A DNA stretch of 64,000 nucleotides, taken from positions 832,001 to 896,000 of the forward strand of contig CBDDPY010000002.1 of NCBI GenBank assembly GCA_965232515.1, read 5' to 3'. This stretch comes from Alphaproteobacteria bacterium (GTDB taxonomy: Bacteria > Pseudomonadota > Alphaproteobacteria > GCA-2731375). The notes under the pieces were generated by a model. The model did not search any database and was not told the DNA's origin. It saw only the letters and a program-made list of their open reading frames with translations. The first letter of the stretch is position 1; each line of letters begins with the position of its first letter. Shown piece by piece: positions 11,007-19,984 of the stretch. A program made the position numbers and the translations under genes.

Positions 11007-11031
11007 TGGTTTGTCTCTCCCCGTCTTGGTC

Positions 11032-13503
11032 TCAATCGGCCGGGCGGATCAGGATGTTGCCGACGGCGTCGACGTCGCCGGCATGGTCCGGCAGGATCAG
11101 CGTCGTCGAGTCCATTTCCGTCACCACGGCGGGTCCGTGAATGCGGTTGCCGGCCTGCAGCTTGGCGCGGTCGTAGATCTTGGCCGGCTGATCGCGGCCG
11201 TCGACGAAGACCGTGGTCTGCTCGTAGACCGCGGCGCTGGCGTCGTTGCCGCCCTGCGGTAGTTGTTCGGCCCTGGCGAAGGTCTCGCGGCCCTGGACCA
11301 GGGCGCGCAGGTTGTAGAGCTCGTGCACGGCGTCGAGCGCGAAGGTGAAAAGCTGCTCGTGCATGGCATCGAACTTGCGCCCGACCGCGGCGAGGCCGTC
11401 GCGGGCGAAGTCGTCCGGCGTGACATCCACGGTCAGCCGCATACCCTGGCCGGCATAGCGCAGGTCGATCTGATAGAGCGCCGACTGTTCGCCACGCGGC
11501 ACCCCCTCGGCATCGAGCGTGCGCGCGGCGCTTTCGGCCAGTTCCTCGAGGATGGCCTGGACCTCACTGTCGCTGGTGTCCGTAAACCGGCGTACGAACG
11601 TGCGGGACGCTTCGTCACGGACACGGGTCGTGGCATCGCCGTAGGCGCAGAGCACGCCCGGGCCCGGCGGGATGATCACCGGCCAGGAATTCATCAGCTT
11701 GCCGAGCGCATTGGCATGCAGCGGGCCGGCGCCGCCGAAGCCGACCAGCGCGAAATCGCGCGGATCGTAACCCTGTTCGACCGAAACCAGCCGCAACGCG
11801 CCGAACATGTTCTCGTTGACGATGTTGATGATGCCCTCGGCCGCCTGCTTCAACGGCAGGCCAAGGGCATCGGCGACCTTGCCAACGGCCTTTTCCGCCA
11901 GGCCGACATCGAGTTCCATGTCGCCGCCAAGGCGCGCCGCCGCCGGCAGGTAGCCCAGCACGACATTGGCGTCCGTCACGGTCGGTTCCTCGCCGCCCTT
12001 GCGATAGGCGGCCGGTCCCGGCTCGGCGCCGGCACTCTGCGGGCCGACGCGCAATGCTTTTGTCAGCTCCGGCACATAGGCGATCGAGCCGCCGCCAGCG
12101 CCAACCGTGCGCACGTCGATCGACGAGGCGCGCACCGTCACATCGGCGACGCGGGTCTCGCGCCGGGTCTGAGCGACCCCATGCTGGATGAGGGCGACGT
12201 CGGTCGAGGTGCCGCCCATGTCGAAGGTCAGCAGATCCTCGAAGCCGGCCTGCTTGGCGATCCAGATGGCGCCGGCGACACCACCGGCCGGGCCGCTCAA
12301 CAGCAGGTTGACGGGCGCCGCCTTGGCCACCTCGGCGGACGCCAGGCCGCCGTCGGAACGCAGGATATTCAGCAGCACGCCATTCATGCGGCGGTCGAGC
12401 TCCGCGTGCAGGTTTTCGAGATACGTCGAGACGACAGGCCGGATGTAGGAGTTCACCACCGTGGTCTCGGCGCGCTCGTACTCGTACATCTCCGGGATCA
12501 CCTCGGACGAGATCGATACCGGCACGTCGGGCATGATGTCCTCGGCGATGGCGCGGATGCGCTGTTCATGCTCGCCGTTGGCATAGGCGTTCATCAGCGA
12601 CACCGTCAGCGCCTCGATACCGCGCCCGCGCAGCCGCGACAGCTCCTGCCGTAGGGCCGCCTCGTCGAGCAGTTCCACGATCTCGCCCTTGGCGCCGGTG
12701 CGCTCGTCGGCTTCGACGGTCAGCTCCAGCGGCGCCAGCGGGTCCGATTTGTTGAAGATCACCCAGCCGCCGAGACCGCCCGGCACGTAGGAGCGGGCGA
12801 TCTGCAGCACCTGTTTATAACCCTTGGTGACGACCAGGCCGACGCGGGCGCCGCTACCTGTCAGCACGGTGTTGGTGGCGACGGTCGTGCCGTGCATGAC
12901 GTGGCTGATCTCGGTCGGCTCAATACCGGCCTGTTGGCAGATGCGCTCGATGCCGTTCAGGACGCCGATGGACGAGTCCTGCGGCGTCGACGGCACCTTG
13001 GCGGTGAATGCATGGCCGCTGCCTTCCTCGATCAGCAACAGGTCGGTGAACGTGCCCCCGACATCGACGCCAAGGCGGTAGCCGCCGCCCGACGGCGCGG
13101 CGCGGCGTGGCGTTTCGACGGGCGCCGGCGGCGGGCTTGGCCGGGCCGCGGGCGCCGGCGTCCGCCGGGTCTCGATGGGGCTGGGCTCAACCGTCCGTGC
13201 TTCCACGGCCGGCGGCTCGACATAACGCTCCGGCGGCGGCGCCTCGCGCCGACGCTGGCTTGGCGACGCCAACGGCTTGACCTGAACGGGTTTCACCTGC
13301 GGCGATTTGATAACCGGCGTCGGCGCGATATTTGGCGACGAGCGCGCCGTGGGCGACGGGCCGGACGCCTGGCTGTCCGTGGATCGCGCCTGCGGCGGGC
13401 TGCCGGAGCCGCGCAGGCCCTCCTGCAGCTTGTCGAACTCGCTCTTCAGGTCCGACAGCTGCGACCGATACCACCCCGTCAGATCGTCCTTGTCCTTCGC
13501 CAT
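11032..13503 (-). CDS. Hydantoinase A/oxoprolinase ATP-binding subunit with long N-terminal extension
   Basis: GVDVGGTFTD, HGTTVATN, SGPAGG, DMGGTSTD; strong SD GGAGG upstream of 13503. Confidence 0.93.
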   Translation of the reverse strand: MAKDKDDLTGWYRSQLSDLKSEFDKLQEGLRGSGSPPQARSTDSQASGPSPTARSSPNIAPTPVIKSPQVKPVQVKPLASPSQRRREAPPPERYVEPPAVEARTVEPSPIETRRTPAPAARPSPPPAPVETPRRAAPSGGGYRLGVDVGGTFTDLLLIEEGSGHAFTAKVPSTPQDSSIGVLNGIERICQQAGIEPTEISHVMHGTTVATNTVLTGSGARVGLVVTKGYKQVLQIARSYVPGGLGGWVIFNKSDPLAPLELTVEADERTGAKGEIVELLDEAALRQELSRLRGRGIEALTVSLMNAYANGEHEQRIRAIAEDIMPDVPVSISSEVIPEMYEYERAETTVVNSYIRPVVSTYLENLHAELDRRMNGVLLNILRSDGGLASAEVAKAAPVNLLLSGPAGGVAGAIWIAKQAGFEDLLTFDMGGTSTDVALIQHGVAQTRRETRVADVTVRASSIDVRTVGAGGGSIAYVPELTKALRVGPQSAGAEPGPAAYRKGGEEPTVTDANVVLGYLPAAARLGGDMELDVGLAEKAVGKVADALGLPLKQAAEGIINIVNENMFGALRLVSVEQGYDPRDFALVGFGGAGPLHANALGKLMNSWPVIIPPGPGVLCAYGDATTRVRDEASRTFVRRFTDTSDSEVQAILEELAESAARTLDAEGVPRGEQSALYQIDLRYAGQGMRLTVDVTPDDFARDGLAAVGRKFDAMHEQLFTFALDAVHELYNLRALVQGRETFARAEQLPQGGNDASAAVYEQTTVFVDGRDQPAKIYDRAKLQAGNRIHGPAVVTEMDSTTLILPDHAGDVDAVGNILIRPAD

Positions 13504-13606
13504 TCGCTACCGCCTCCACATTGACAGACCGGCGCCAATTCTTCTCAACGCGGCGCCGGCGCAGTATTGTGCACCAATGACGGCCCTATCGCGCAAGAAA
13601 TCCGAC

Positions 13607-13921
13607 ATGGCCGCTGACGGATGGGTCGTCATGACGGTCCGTTTGCCGGACGCCGCGCCGCTCGACCGCCGGCGCTGCGCCGAACGTTCGTTGCTGATCG
13701 GTTCGATCGAGGCCTGGCTGCAGCATCACCATCACGCCGTCGCGCTGCCCAATGCCGGGGATGGTCTGCGTGGCGATACGATCTGCGTCGGCTTCCGCCA
13801 GGATCAGATTGATGCCGCCTTCGCCTACCGGGTGTTCTGCGGCAAGCTCGGCCTGGCGCCCACGCTGAAGCAATTTCGTGTCGAGCCGAACCGGTGCCGG
13901 CGCACCACGCCGCCTGCATAG
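13607..13921 (+). CDS. Hypothetical protein (104 aa)
   Basis: Fills the gap divergent from hydantoinase A; TTGACA at 13521; no family recognised. Confidence 0.4.
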   Translation: MAADGWVVMTVRLPDAAPLDRRRCAERSLLIGSIEAWLQHHHHAVALPNAGDGLRGDTICVGFRQDQIDAAFAYRVFCGKLGLAPTLKQFRVEPNRCRRTTPPA

Positions 13922-14159
13922 AACGCACGGCAGGTATGCACGGCCACGCGGCACTTGCCCCGACATCGGCATCGCGTAGGATTAGACGATAAACAAACAA
14001 CCGTAAGGTCGGCGTTTGAGGGAGTGGCGTCGTGACCGTACCGGTATTCCGAGACAATGACAGGCGCGCGGCGGCGCGGCCGTTTCCGTCGTGGAACGGC
14101 GCGAGCGAAGTTCGCGCGCGCCGACCGACCTGCGGCATCGATCGGGAAGGGAAAGCAGC

Positions 14160-15881
14160 ATGCATGATCTGGTAATCCGCAATGCGCAAATTGCCGACGG
14201 CCTCGGCAATCCGCTGGTGACAGGCGATCTCGCGGTCGACGGCGATCGCGTTGTGGCCGTCGGCACCGTGTCGGCGGAGGGGCGTGAGACCATGGATGCC
14301 CAGGGCATGGTGCTGGCGCCCGGCGTGATCGATGTGCATACGCACTACGACGCACAGCTGACCTGGGATGCGACGGCATCGCCATCGCCGGCGCTGGGCG
14401 TGACCACCGTGGTGATCGGCAATTGCGGCTTCGGCATCGCGCCGGCCCGGGCGGATAGCCGGGAGAAGATGCTGGCCGACCTGGCCGAAGTCGAAGGCAT
14501 GCCGCTGGAGTCGTTGCAGGCGGGCGTCAACTGGTCGTTCGAGAGCTTTCCGGAGTATCTCGATGCGCTGCGGCGGCAGGGCACCTTTCCAAACGTCGCG
14601 GCGTTGGCGACGCATTCGACCATCCGCGCGTTCGTCATGGGCGAGGAGTCGACCAAACGGACGGCGACGGCCGAAGAACGCGCCGAAATGATCCGCTTGT
14701 TCCATGAGGCCATGAACGCCGGCGCCGCCGGACTCGGCTCGTCGTCGAACGAAAATCACCGGGCGGCTGGTGGCGCCCCGATCGGTTCGAGGCTTGCCGA
14801 TGCGGACGAGTACCGCGCCTTCGCCGAGGCCATGGCCGAATACGATCACGGCGTCTTCATGATCACCACCGGCAACCACATGGGCATGGAATTCATCGAA
14901 GACTTCGCGCGGCGCAGCGGCCGGCCGGCAATTTATGCGGCGCATTTCTACTACGCGCACGAACCGGACCGGGCCCGTGGCCTGATGCGGGCGGCCGAGG
15001 CGGCGCGCGCGCAGGGCATTCCGGCCTACACGCAGGGCTCCTGCCAGCCGCTCAGCCTCAGTTTCCCGCTGGACGCTGCCTATATCCTGAAGGCCATCCC
15101 GCCCTGGCCGGGCACGTCGGACCATCACGAACTGCGGCAGATCTTCAACGATCCCGAATTCCGGGACGATTTCCGCGCCACGCTCGCGACGCCGGAGCAG
15201 GGACGGATCTTCAATGGCCGCTGGGAATGGGTGTTGGTGACGACCGTCGGCAAGCCGGAGAACGCCGACCTGGAAGGCAGGACCGTGGCCGAGATCGCCG
15301 AAGCCCGTGGCGTCGACCCGCTGGACCTGTTCTTCGACCTGAGCCTGGAAGAGGACTTCAAGACCATCTTCACGATCTACATCCTGAACATGGTCGAGGA
15401 GGGTGTCGAGGAGCTGATCAGCAACGACGGCACGCTGATCAGCCTGTCGGACGCGGGTGCGCACAACTCGCTGCTGTGCGACGCGGCCTATGCCATGCAC
15501 CTGTTCAGCCATTGGGTGCGCGAGAAGGGCGTGTTCGATCTGCCGACGGCGATCCGCAAGGTGACGAGCGATCCGGCCGACGTCTACGGCTTCGTCGATC
15601 GCGGCCGGCTGACGGAAGGCGCCTATGCCGACATGATCCTGTTCGATCCGGACAAGCTGCGGGTCACCGGCATGGAGCGGCATTTCGACCTGCCGGCCGG
15701 CGGCGAGCGCCTGTTACGCCGGGCGCCGGGCCTGCTCGGCACCTGGGTCAACGGCGTGCGCGTGTTCGACGGTGAGAACTACCTGACGCCTCAGCGGCCG
15801 CCCGGCCAGGTGCTGACGCGGTTCTCCGGCCGCAAGCCGCGACTCGCCATGTCCGGCAACGTCGCCAGCGCCGCGGAGTAA
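14160..15881 (+). CDS. N-acyl-D-amino-acid deacylase family amidohydrolase
   Basis: PGVIDVHTHYD, GNCGFG, SDAGAH, GAYAD. Confidence 0.9.
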   Translation: MHDLVIRNAQIADGLGNPLVTGDLAVDGDRVVAVGTVSAEGRETMDAQGMVLAPGVIDVHTHYDAQLTWDATASPSPALGVTTVVIGNCGFGIAPARADSREKMLADLAEVEGMPLESLQAGVNWSFESFPEYLDALRRQGTFPNVAALATHSTIRAFVMGEESTKRTATAEERAEMIRLFHEAMNAGAAGLGSSSNENHRAAGGAPIGSRLADADEYRAFAEAMAEYDHGVFMITTGNHMGMEFIEDFARRSGRPAIYAAHFYYAHEPDRARGLMRAAEAARAQGIPAYTQGSCQPLSLSFPLDAAYILKAIPPWPGTSDHHELRQIFNDPEFRDDFRATLATPEQGRIFNGRWEWVLVTTVGKPENADLEGRTVAEIAEARGVDPLDLFFDLSLEEDFKTIFTIYILNMVEEGVEELISNDGTLISLSDAGAHNSLLCDAAYAMHLFSHWVREKGVFDLPTAIRKVTSDPADVYGFVDRGRLTEGAYADMILFDPDKLRVTGMERHFDLPAGGERLLRRAPGLLGTWVNGVRVFDGENYLTPQRPPGQVLTRFSGRKPRLAMSGNVASAAE

Positions 15882-15886
15882 CGGCG

Positions 15887-16801
15887 CTAGAGAAGGTCGG
15901 CGACCGCCGTGCGGTAGCGCTCGATGGCGGTCAGGTGGTCGTCCAGCGACCGGCCGGATATCCGGGTGTGGTGGTAGCGGCCATAGGCGTTGTTGACGGT
16001 GGCGTGCGTGACGCCGGCGTCCTTCCAGGCCTGGATATCGCGACGCCAGACTTCCGGGTCGCCGCCGCCGTCGCCGGCCGAGACCCAGACCTCGATGCCG
16101 ATCTCGCCCGGATCGCGGCCTTCGGCTTCGGCGTAGCCGCGTAGCTCGGCAAAAGCGGCTTGCGCGGCGTCGCCCGGCGGATGCTCGAGCATCACCCAGC
16201 CGTCGCCCCAATTGGCGATGCGCCGCAAGGTCGCGTCGTGGTGGCCGCCGAACCAGAGCGGAATGCGGCGGTTCAAGGGCAGGGGATTGATGCCGGCATC
16301 GTCGATGCGGTGCCACTTGCCGGTAAAGTCAACGTGCGGTTCGGCCCAGAGCGCCTGCATGACCTGAACCTGTTCTTCCGAGCGCACGCCGCGGTTCGTG
16401 AAGTCCTCGTTCAGCGCCTCGAACTCGACCGGATTCCAGCCGATGCCGACGCCGAGCCGGAACCGTCCGCCGCTTAGCACATCGAGACAGGCCGCCTGCT
16501 TGGCAACCAGCGCCGTCTGCCGCTGGGCCAGAATCAGCACTTGCGTGGAGAAGCCGATGCGCTCGGTGCAGGCGCTCAGGAAGCCGAACAGCACGAAGGG
16601 ATCGTGGAAGCAGTCGGCCGACGTGTTGCGGTCGCCCCAATCCGGCCGGTTCGCGACGTTGGCACCCAGCACGTGGTCGGCCGCCGCCAGATGATCGTAA
16701 CCCAGGGACTCGGCGGCCTGGGCGTAATCCCGTACGACGGCGGGGTCGCCGCCGATATCTGTCACCGGCAGGCCCGCGCCGAGTTGCAGTTTCTCAGCCA
16801 T
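15887..16801 (-). CDS. LLM-class (putatively F420-dependent) oxidoreductase
   Basis: AESLGYDHL..ADHV, AKQAACLDVLSGGRFRLGVGIGWN. Confidence 0.85.
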   Translation of the reverse strand: MAEKLQLGAGLPVTDIGGDPAVVRDYAQAAESLGYDHLAAADHVLGANVANRPDWGDRNTSADCFHDPFVLFGFLSACTERIGFSTQVLILAQRQTALVAKQAACLDVLSGGRFRLGVGIGWNPVEFEALNEDFTNRGVRSEEQVQVMQALWAEPHVDFTGKWHRIDDAGINPLPLNRRIPLWFGGHHDATLRRIANWGDGWVMLEHPPGDAAQAAFAELRGYAEAEGRDPGEIGIEVWVSAGDGGGDPEVWRRDIQAWKDAGVTHATVNNAYGRYHHTRISGRSLDDHLTAIERYRTAVADLL

Positions 16802-16819
16802 GGCGTTAGTTCCTTCTGC

Positions 16820-17569
16820 TCAGGTTTCGGCGCCGCCGTTGCAGGCGATCATCTGGCCGGTGACGAAGCCGCCGCCGACAGAAACCAGATAACCACACAG
16901 ACTGGCAATGTGCTCGGGCTCGCCGAGATGGCCGAGCGGAATGCGGCCGACCTGGCTCTCGATATGTTGGGTCATCGATGCATCGGCGTGCTCGGAACGG
17001 ATCGGGCCCGGCGAGATGGCATTGACGGTAATGCCTTTCGGCCCGAATTCCTTGGCCAGCGCCTTGGTCAGGCCCCAGACGCCGTGCTTGGCGACGGAGA
17101 CCGGCGCGCGGCCGGCATAGCCGTGGATCGCGTTCATCCCGGTCAGGTTGACGATCCGGCCCCAATTGTTGTCGACCATGCCCGGCAGAAAGGCGCGGCA
17201 GGTATAGAAGGCCGCGTTCAGGTCAACGTCGAGCACGTGATGCCAGTCGTCGTCGGACGTCTCCAGAAACGGCTTCGCCGGACGGATCGCGGCATTGTTG
17301 ACAACGATGTCGATGCGGCCGAACCGTTCGAGCGCCTCAGTTGCGATGCGCCCGACGTTAGCCGACGATCCGACATCGCCCATGGCCACCGATGCTTCGA
17401 CGCCATGCTCCTGCGCTTCGGCGGCGACGGCCTCGCAGGCGGCGCGGTCCGACGAGCCGTTGACGACGACATTGCAGCCGCGTTCCGCCAGCTCCAGGGC
17501 GATCGCACGGCCGATGTTGCGGCCCGCGCCGGTGATGAGGGCCGTCTTGCCTTTGGGGTTTCCGTCCAT
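16820..17569 (-). CDS. SDR family oxidoreductase
   Basis: TGAGRNIG, VNNAA, VNAISPG; the YxxxK site reads VSVAK (atypical). Confidence 0.88.
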   Translation of the reverse strand: MDGNPKGKTALITGAGRNIGRAIALELAERGCNVVVNGSSDRAACEAVAAEAQEHGVEASVAMGDVGSSANVGRIATEALERFGRIDIVVNNAAIRPAKPFLETSDDDWHHVLDVDLNAAFYTCRAFLPGMVDNNWGRIVNLTGMNAIHGYAGRAPVSVAKHGVWGLTKALAKEFGPKGITVNAISPGPIRSEHADASMTQHIESQVGRIPLGHLGEPEHIASLCGYLVSVGGGFVTGQMIACNGGAET

Positions 17570-17689
17570 GCCGCGCCTCCCGTCGATGCTGTTCTGTTTA
17601 AGGATAGCGGCAATGGCGTGGCGCGCCATTGCGGAATGGCGGCCGCACGGCTAGCGTCGTCACCAAACCCACCTTCGCTTGGAATCGAC

Positions 17690-18550
17690 ATGCATTGGAC
17701 CGACCGTCGCGAACGCTTTCGCGCGTTGCTTGCCGGGGATCGCTGCATCCATCCCGGCTCTGTTTACGACCCGATCTCGGCGCGCATCGCCGAGGATCTC
17801 GGCTTCGAGGTCGGCATGTTCGCCGGCTCCGTCGCCTCGATGACGGTACTGGGCGCGCCCGACCTGATCGTCCTGACGCTGAGTGAGTTCGCCGGCCAGG
17901 CCTACCGCATCAACCGCGCCGGCAACCTGCCGTTGCTGGTCGACGCCGATCACGGCTACGGCAACGCGCTGAACGTCAAGCGTACGGTCGAGGAGCTGGA
18001 GACGGCGGGCGTCGCGGCCCTGACGATCGAGGATACGGACCTGCCGCAACCGTTTGGCACGGTCGGTAAGACCCGGTTGCTGTCGATCGAGGAAGGCATC
18101 GGCAAGATGAAAGCGGCGCGCGCCGGACGTCAGGACCCTGGTCTGGTCATAGCAGGCCGGACCAGCGCCATGGCCGTCAGCGGTGTTGACGATGCCGTCG
18201 CGCGTGTCCGCGCCTATGAAGCCGCGGGCGTCGACGCCGTGTTCCTGGTCGGCGTGAAGACGAGGGACCAGCTGGAAGCCGTGTCGGCCGCGGTGAAGGT
18301 TCCCGTGCTGCTGGGCAATGCCGGTCCGGAGATCGCCGATCTCGACTATCTTGGGCAGCAGGGCGTGCGCATCTGCCTGCAAGGCCATGCGCCATTCATG
18401 GCCGCCGTGCAGGCGGTGCACGAGACGTTGAAGGCGCTTCGTGACGGTACGGCGCCGGCCGATTTGAAAGGCGTTGCGGCGCCTGAACTGATGCGACAGG
18501 TCACGCGCGACGCGGACTACAAACGCTGGAGTGAGGAGTTTCTGCAATGA
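17690..18550 (+). CDS. Isocitrate lyase/PEP mutase family protein, oxaloacetate decarboxylase-like
   Basis: DADHGYGNALNV, TIED; lacks the KRCGH loop of ICL/MICL. Confidence 0.85.
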   Translation: MHWTDRRERFRALLAGDRCIHPGSVYDPISARIAEDLGFEVGMFAGSVASMTVLGAPDLIVLTLSEFAGQAYRINRAGNLPLLVDADHGYGNALNVKRTVEELETAGVAALTIEDTDLPQPFGTVGKTRLLSIEEGIGKMKAARAGRQDPGLVIAGRTSAMAVSGVDDAVARVRAYEAAGVDAVFLVGVKTRDQLEAVSAAVKVPVLLGNAGPEIADLDYLGQQGVRICLQGHAPFMAAVQAVHETLKALRDGTAPADLKGVAAPELMRQVTRDADYKRWSEEFLQ

Positions 18551-19521
18551 GCGCGGTCGAAAAACGACATGGGGTGGCAGTGATCGGGCTCGGTATCATG
18601 GGCCGTCGCATGATCACGAACATGGCCAATCATGACCGTTTCCGTTTCGCCGGCGCCTGGGACCCCGCCGCCCAGGCAAGCGAGCAGGCAGTCGCTATCG
18701 TGCCGGATTTGCGGATCGCCGGAAGCGCGGAAGAACTGATCCGCGACAACGCAACGGATGTGGTTTACATCGCCTGTCCGCCGGCCTGGCATCGCGAACA
18801 TGCGGAAACCGCGATCGCTGCCGGCAAGGCGGTCTATTGCGAGAAGCCGCTGGGCGTCGACGTCGCGGATAGCGCCGAGCTGGTTGTGCGCATGACCGAG
18901 ACGGCGACGCCCAATATCGTGAACTTCGCGCAGGCGAGCTCGCGGGCCGTCGCGCTGACCGAGGAGCGGATCAAAGCCGGCGCGCTCGGCGAGATCGCCG
19001 GCGCCGACATCATCGTGCATTTCTCGCGCTGGCCGCGGGACTGGCAGGCCGATGCCGACTGGCTGCGCTTTCGGGAGCAGGGCGGGTATACCCGCGAGGT
19101 CCTGTCGCATTTCCTGTATCTGACCGAACGGCTGCTTGGACCGGCCGAGCTCATCGGTTCGATGCCCGTTTATCAGGCCGATCCGGCCCTTTGCGAGACG
19201 CATGTTCTTGCCGTGCTGGACGCGAACGGCGTTCCCGTCACAGTGCACGGCTCGAGCGGCGGCAGCGGGCCGGACCGGGTCGAGATGACGGTCTGGGGCA
19301 GCACCCGAAGCCACCGCCTGCACGACTGGTTCGAGCTGCAGTCGAGCGACGGCGGCGAATGGCAACAAGAGCTGACCGAGTTCGGCGACCTGCGCGTCGA
19401 CGGCTTCAAGCGTCAGTTGGACAACGTGGCGGCCTGGCTCGACGGCGAACCGCACGGCATGCCGTCGGCGCACGATGCGCTGTCGGTGCAAAAGCTGATC
19501 GAGGCCATGCTGGCCGATTGA
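18547..19521 (+). CDS. Gfo/Idh/MocA oxidoreductase
   Basis: GLGIMG, CEKP; ATGA overlap with the upstream gene. Confidence 0.9.
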   Translation: MSAVEKRHGVAVIGLGIMGRRMITNMANHDRFRFAGAWDPAAQASEQAVAIVPDLRIAGSAEELIRDNATDVVYIACPPAWHREHAETAIAAGKAVYCEKPLGVDVADSAELVVRMTETATPNIVNFAQASSRAVALTEERIKAGALGEIAGADIIVHFSRWPRDWQADADWLRFREQGGYTREVLSHFLYLTERLLGPAELIGSMPVYQADPALCETHVLAVLDANGVPVTVHGSSGGSGPDRVEMTVWGSTRSHRLHDWFELQSSDGGEWQQELTEFGDLRVDGFKRQLDNVAAWLDGEPHGMPSAHDALSVQKLIEAMLAD

Positions 19522-19980
19522 TCAACGTCCGGCGCGGCGCCGGATCGACCGGATCGTTTCTTCCAGCGCGGTCAGGAACCGCGATCGGTCCTGCTTCGAG
19601 AAGGCCGGTCCGCCGCCGGTCACCTCGCCGGTGTCGCGTAAGTGCGCCATCAGATCCCGCATGGCCAGCGCCATGCCGATGCTCTGCTCGGTGAACGGTT
19701 TGCCGGTCGGACCGATCACGCTGGCGCCGGCATCGAGGCAGCGGGCGGCGAGGGGAATGTCGGCGGTGATCGCGATATCGCCGTCGCCGATGCGCTCGGC
19801 GATCCAGTCGTCGGCCGCGTCGAGGCCGTCCCCGACGACGACGCGGTTCACCCGCGGATTGTCGTCGAGACGCAGCCATTGATTGCTGACCATGTGCACG
19901 GGCAGGCCATGCCGGTCGGCCACGCGCATGACCTCGCTCTTCACCGGACAGGCATCTGCGTCGACATAGATCTCGAGCAT
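19522..19980 (-). CDS. YaiI/YqxD (UPF0178) family protein
   Basis: IYVDADACPVK, DAADDWI, TADIPLA. Confidence 0.92.
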   Translation of the reverse strand: MLEIYVDADACPVKSEVMRVADRHGLPVHMVSNQWLRLDDNPRVNRVVVGDGLDAADDWIAERIGDGDIAITADIPLAARCLDAGASVIGPTGKPFTEQSIGMALAMRDLMAHLRDTGEVTGGGPAFSKQDRSRFLTALEETIRSIRRRAGR

Positions 19981-19984
19981 CCGC

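Noticed and set aside
9183-11348. Long antisense or alternate-frame ORFs (e.g. 9183-11348, 13629-15683, 27999-29762, 6129-7610, 11263-12654)
   Set aside because: Shadow ORFs expected from high-GC codon bias; they overlap well-supported genes and have no recognisable motifs.
16541-17689. N-terminal ~380 aa of the 669-aa ORF
   Set aside because: Antisense to the SDR and LLM genes; the real ICL/PEPM-family gene starts at 17690.
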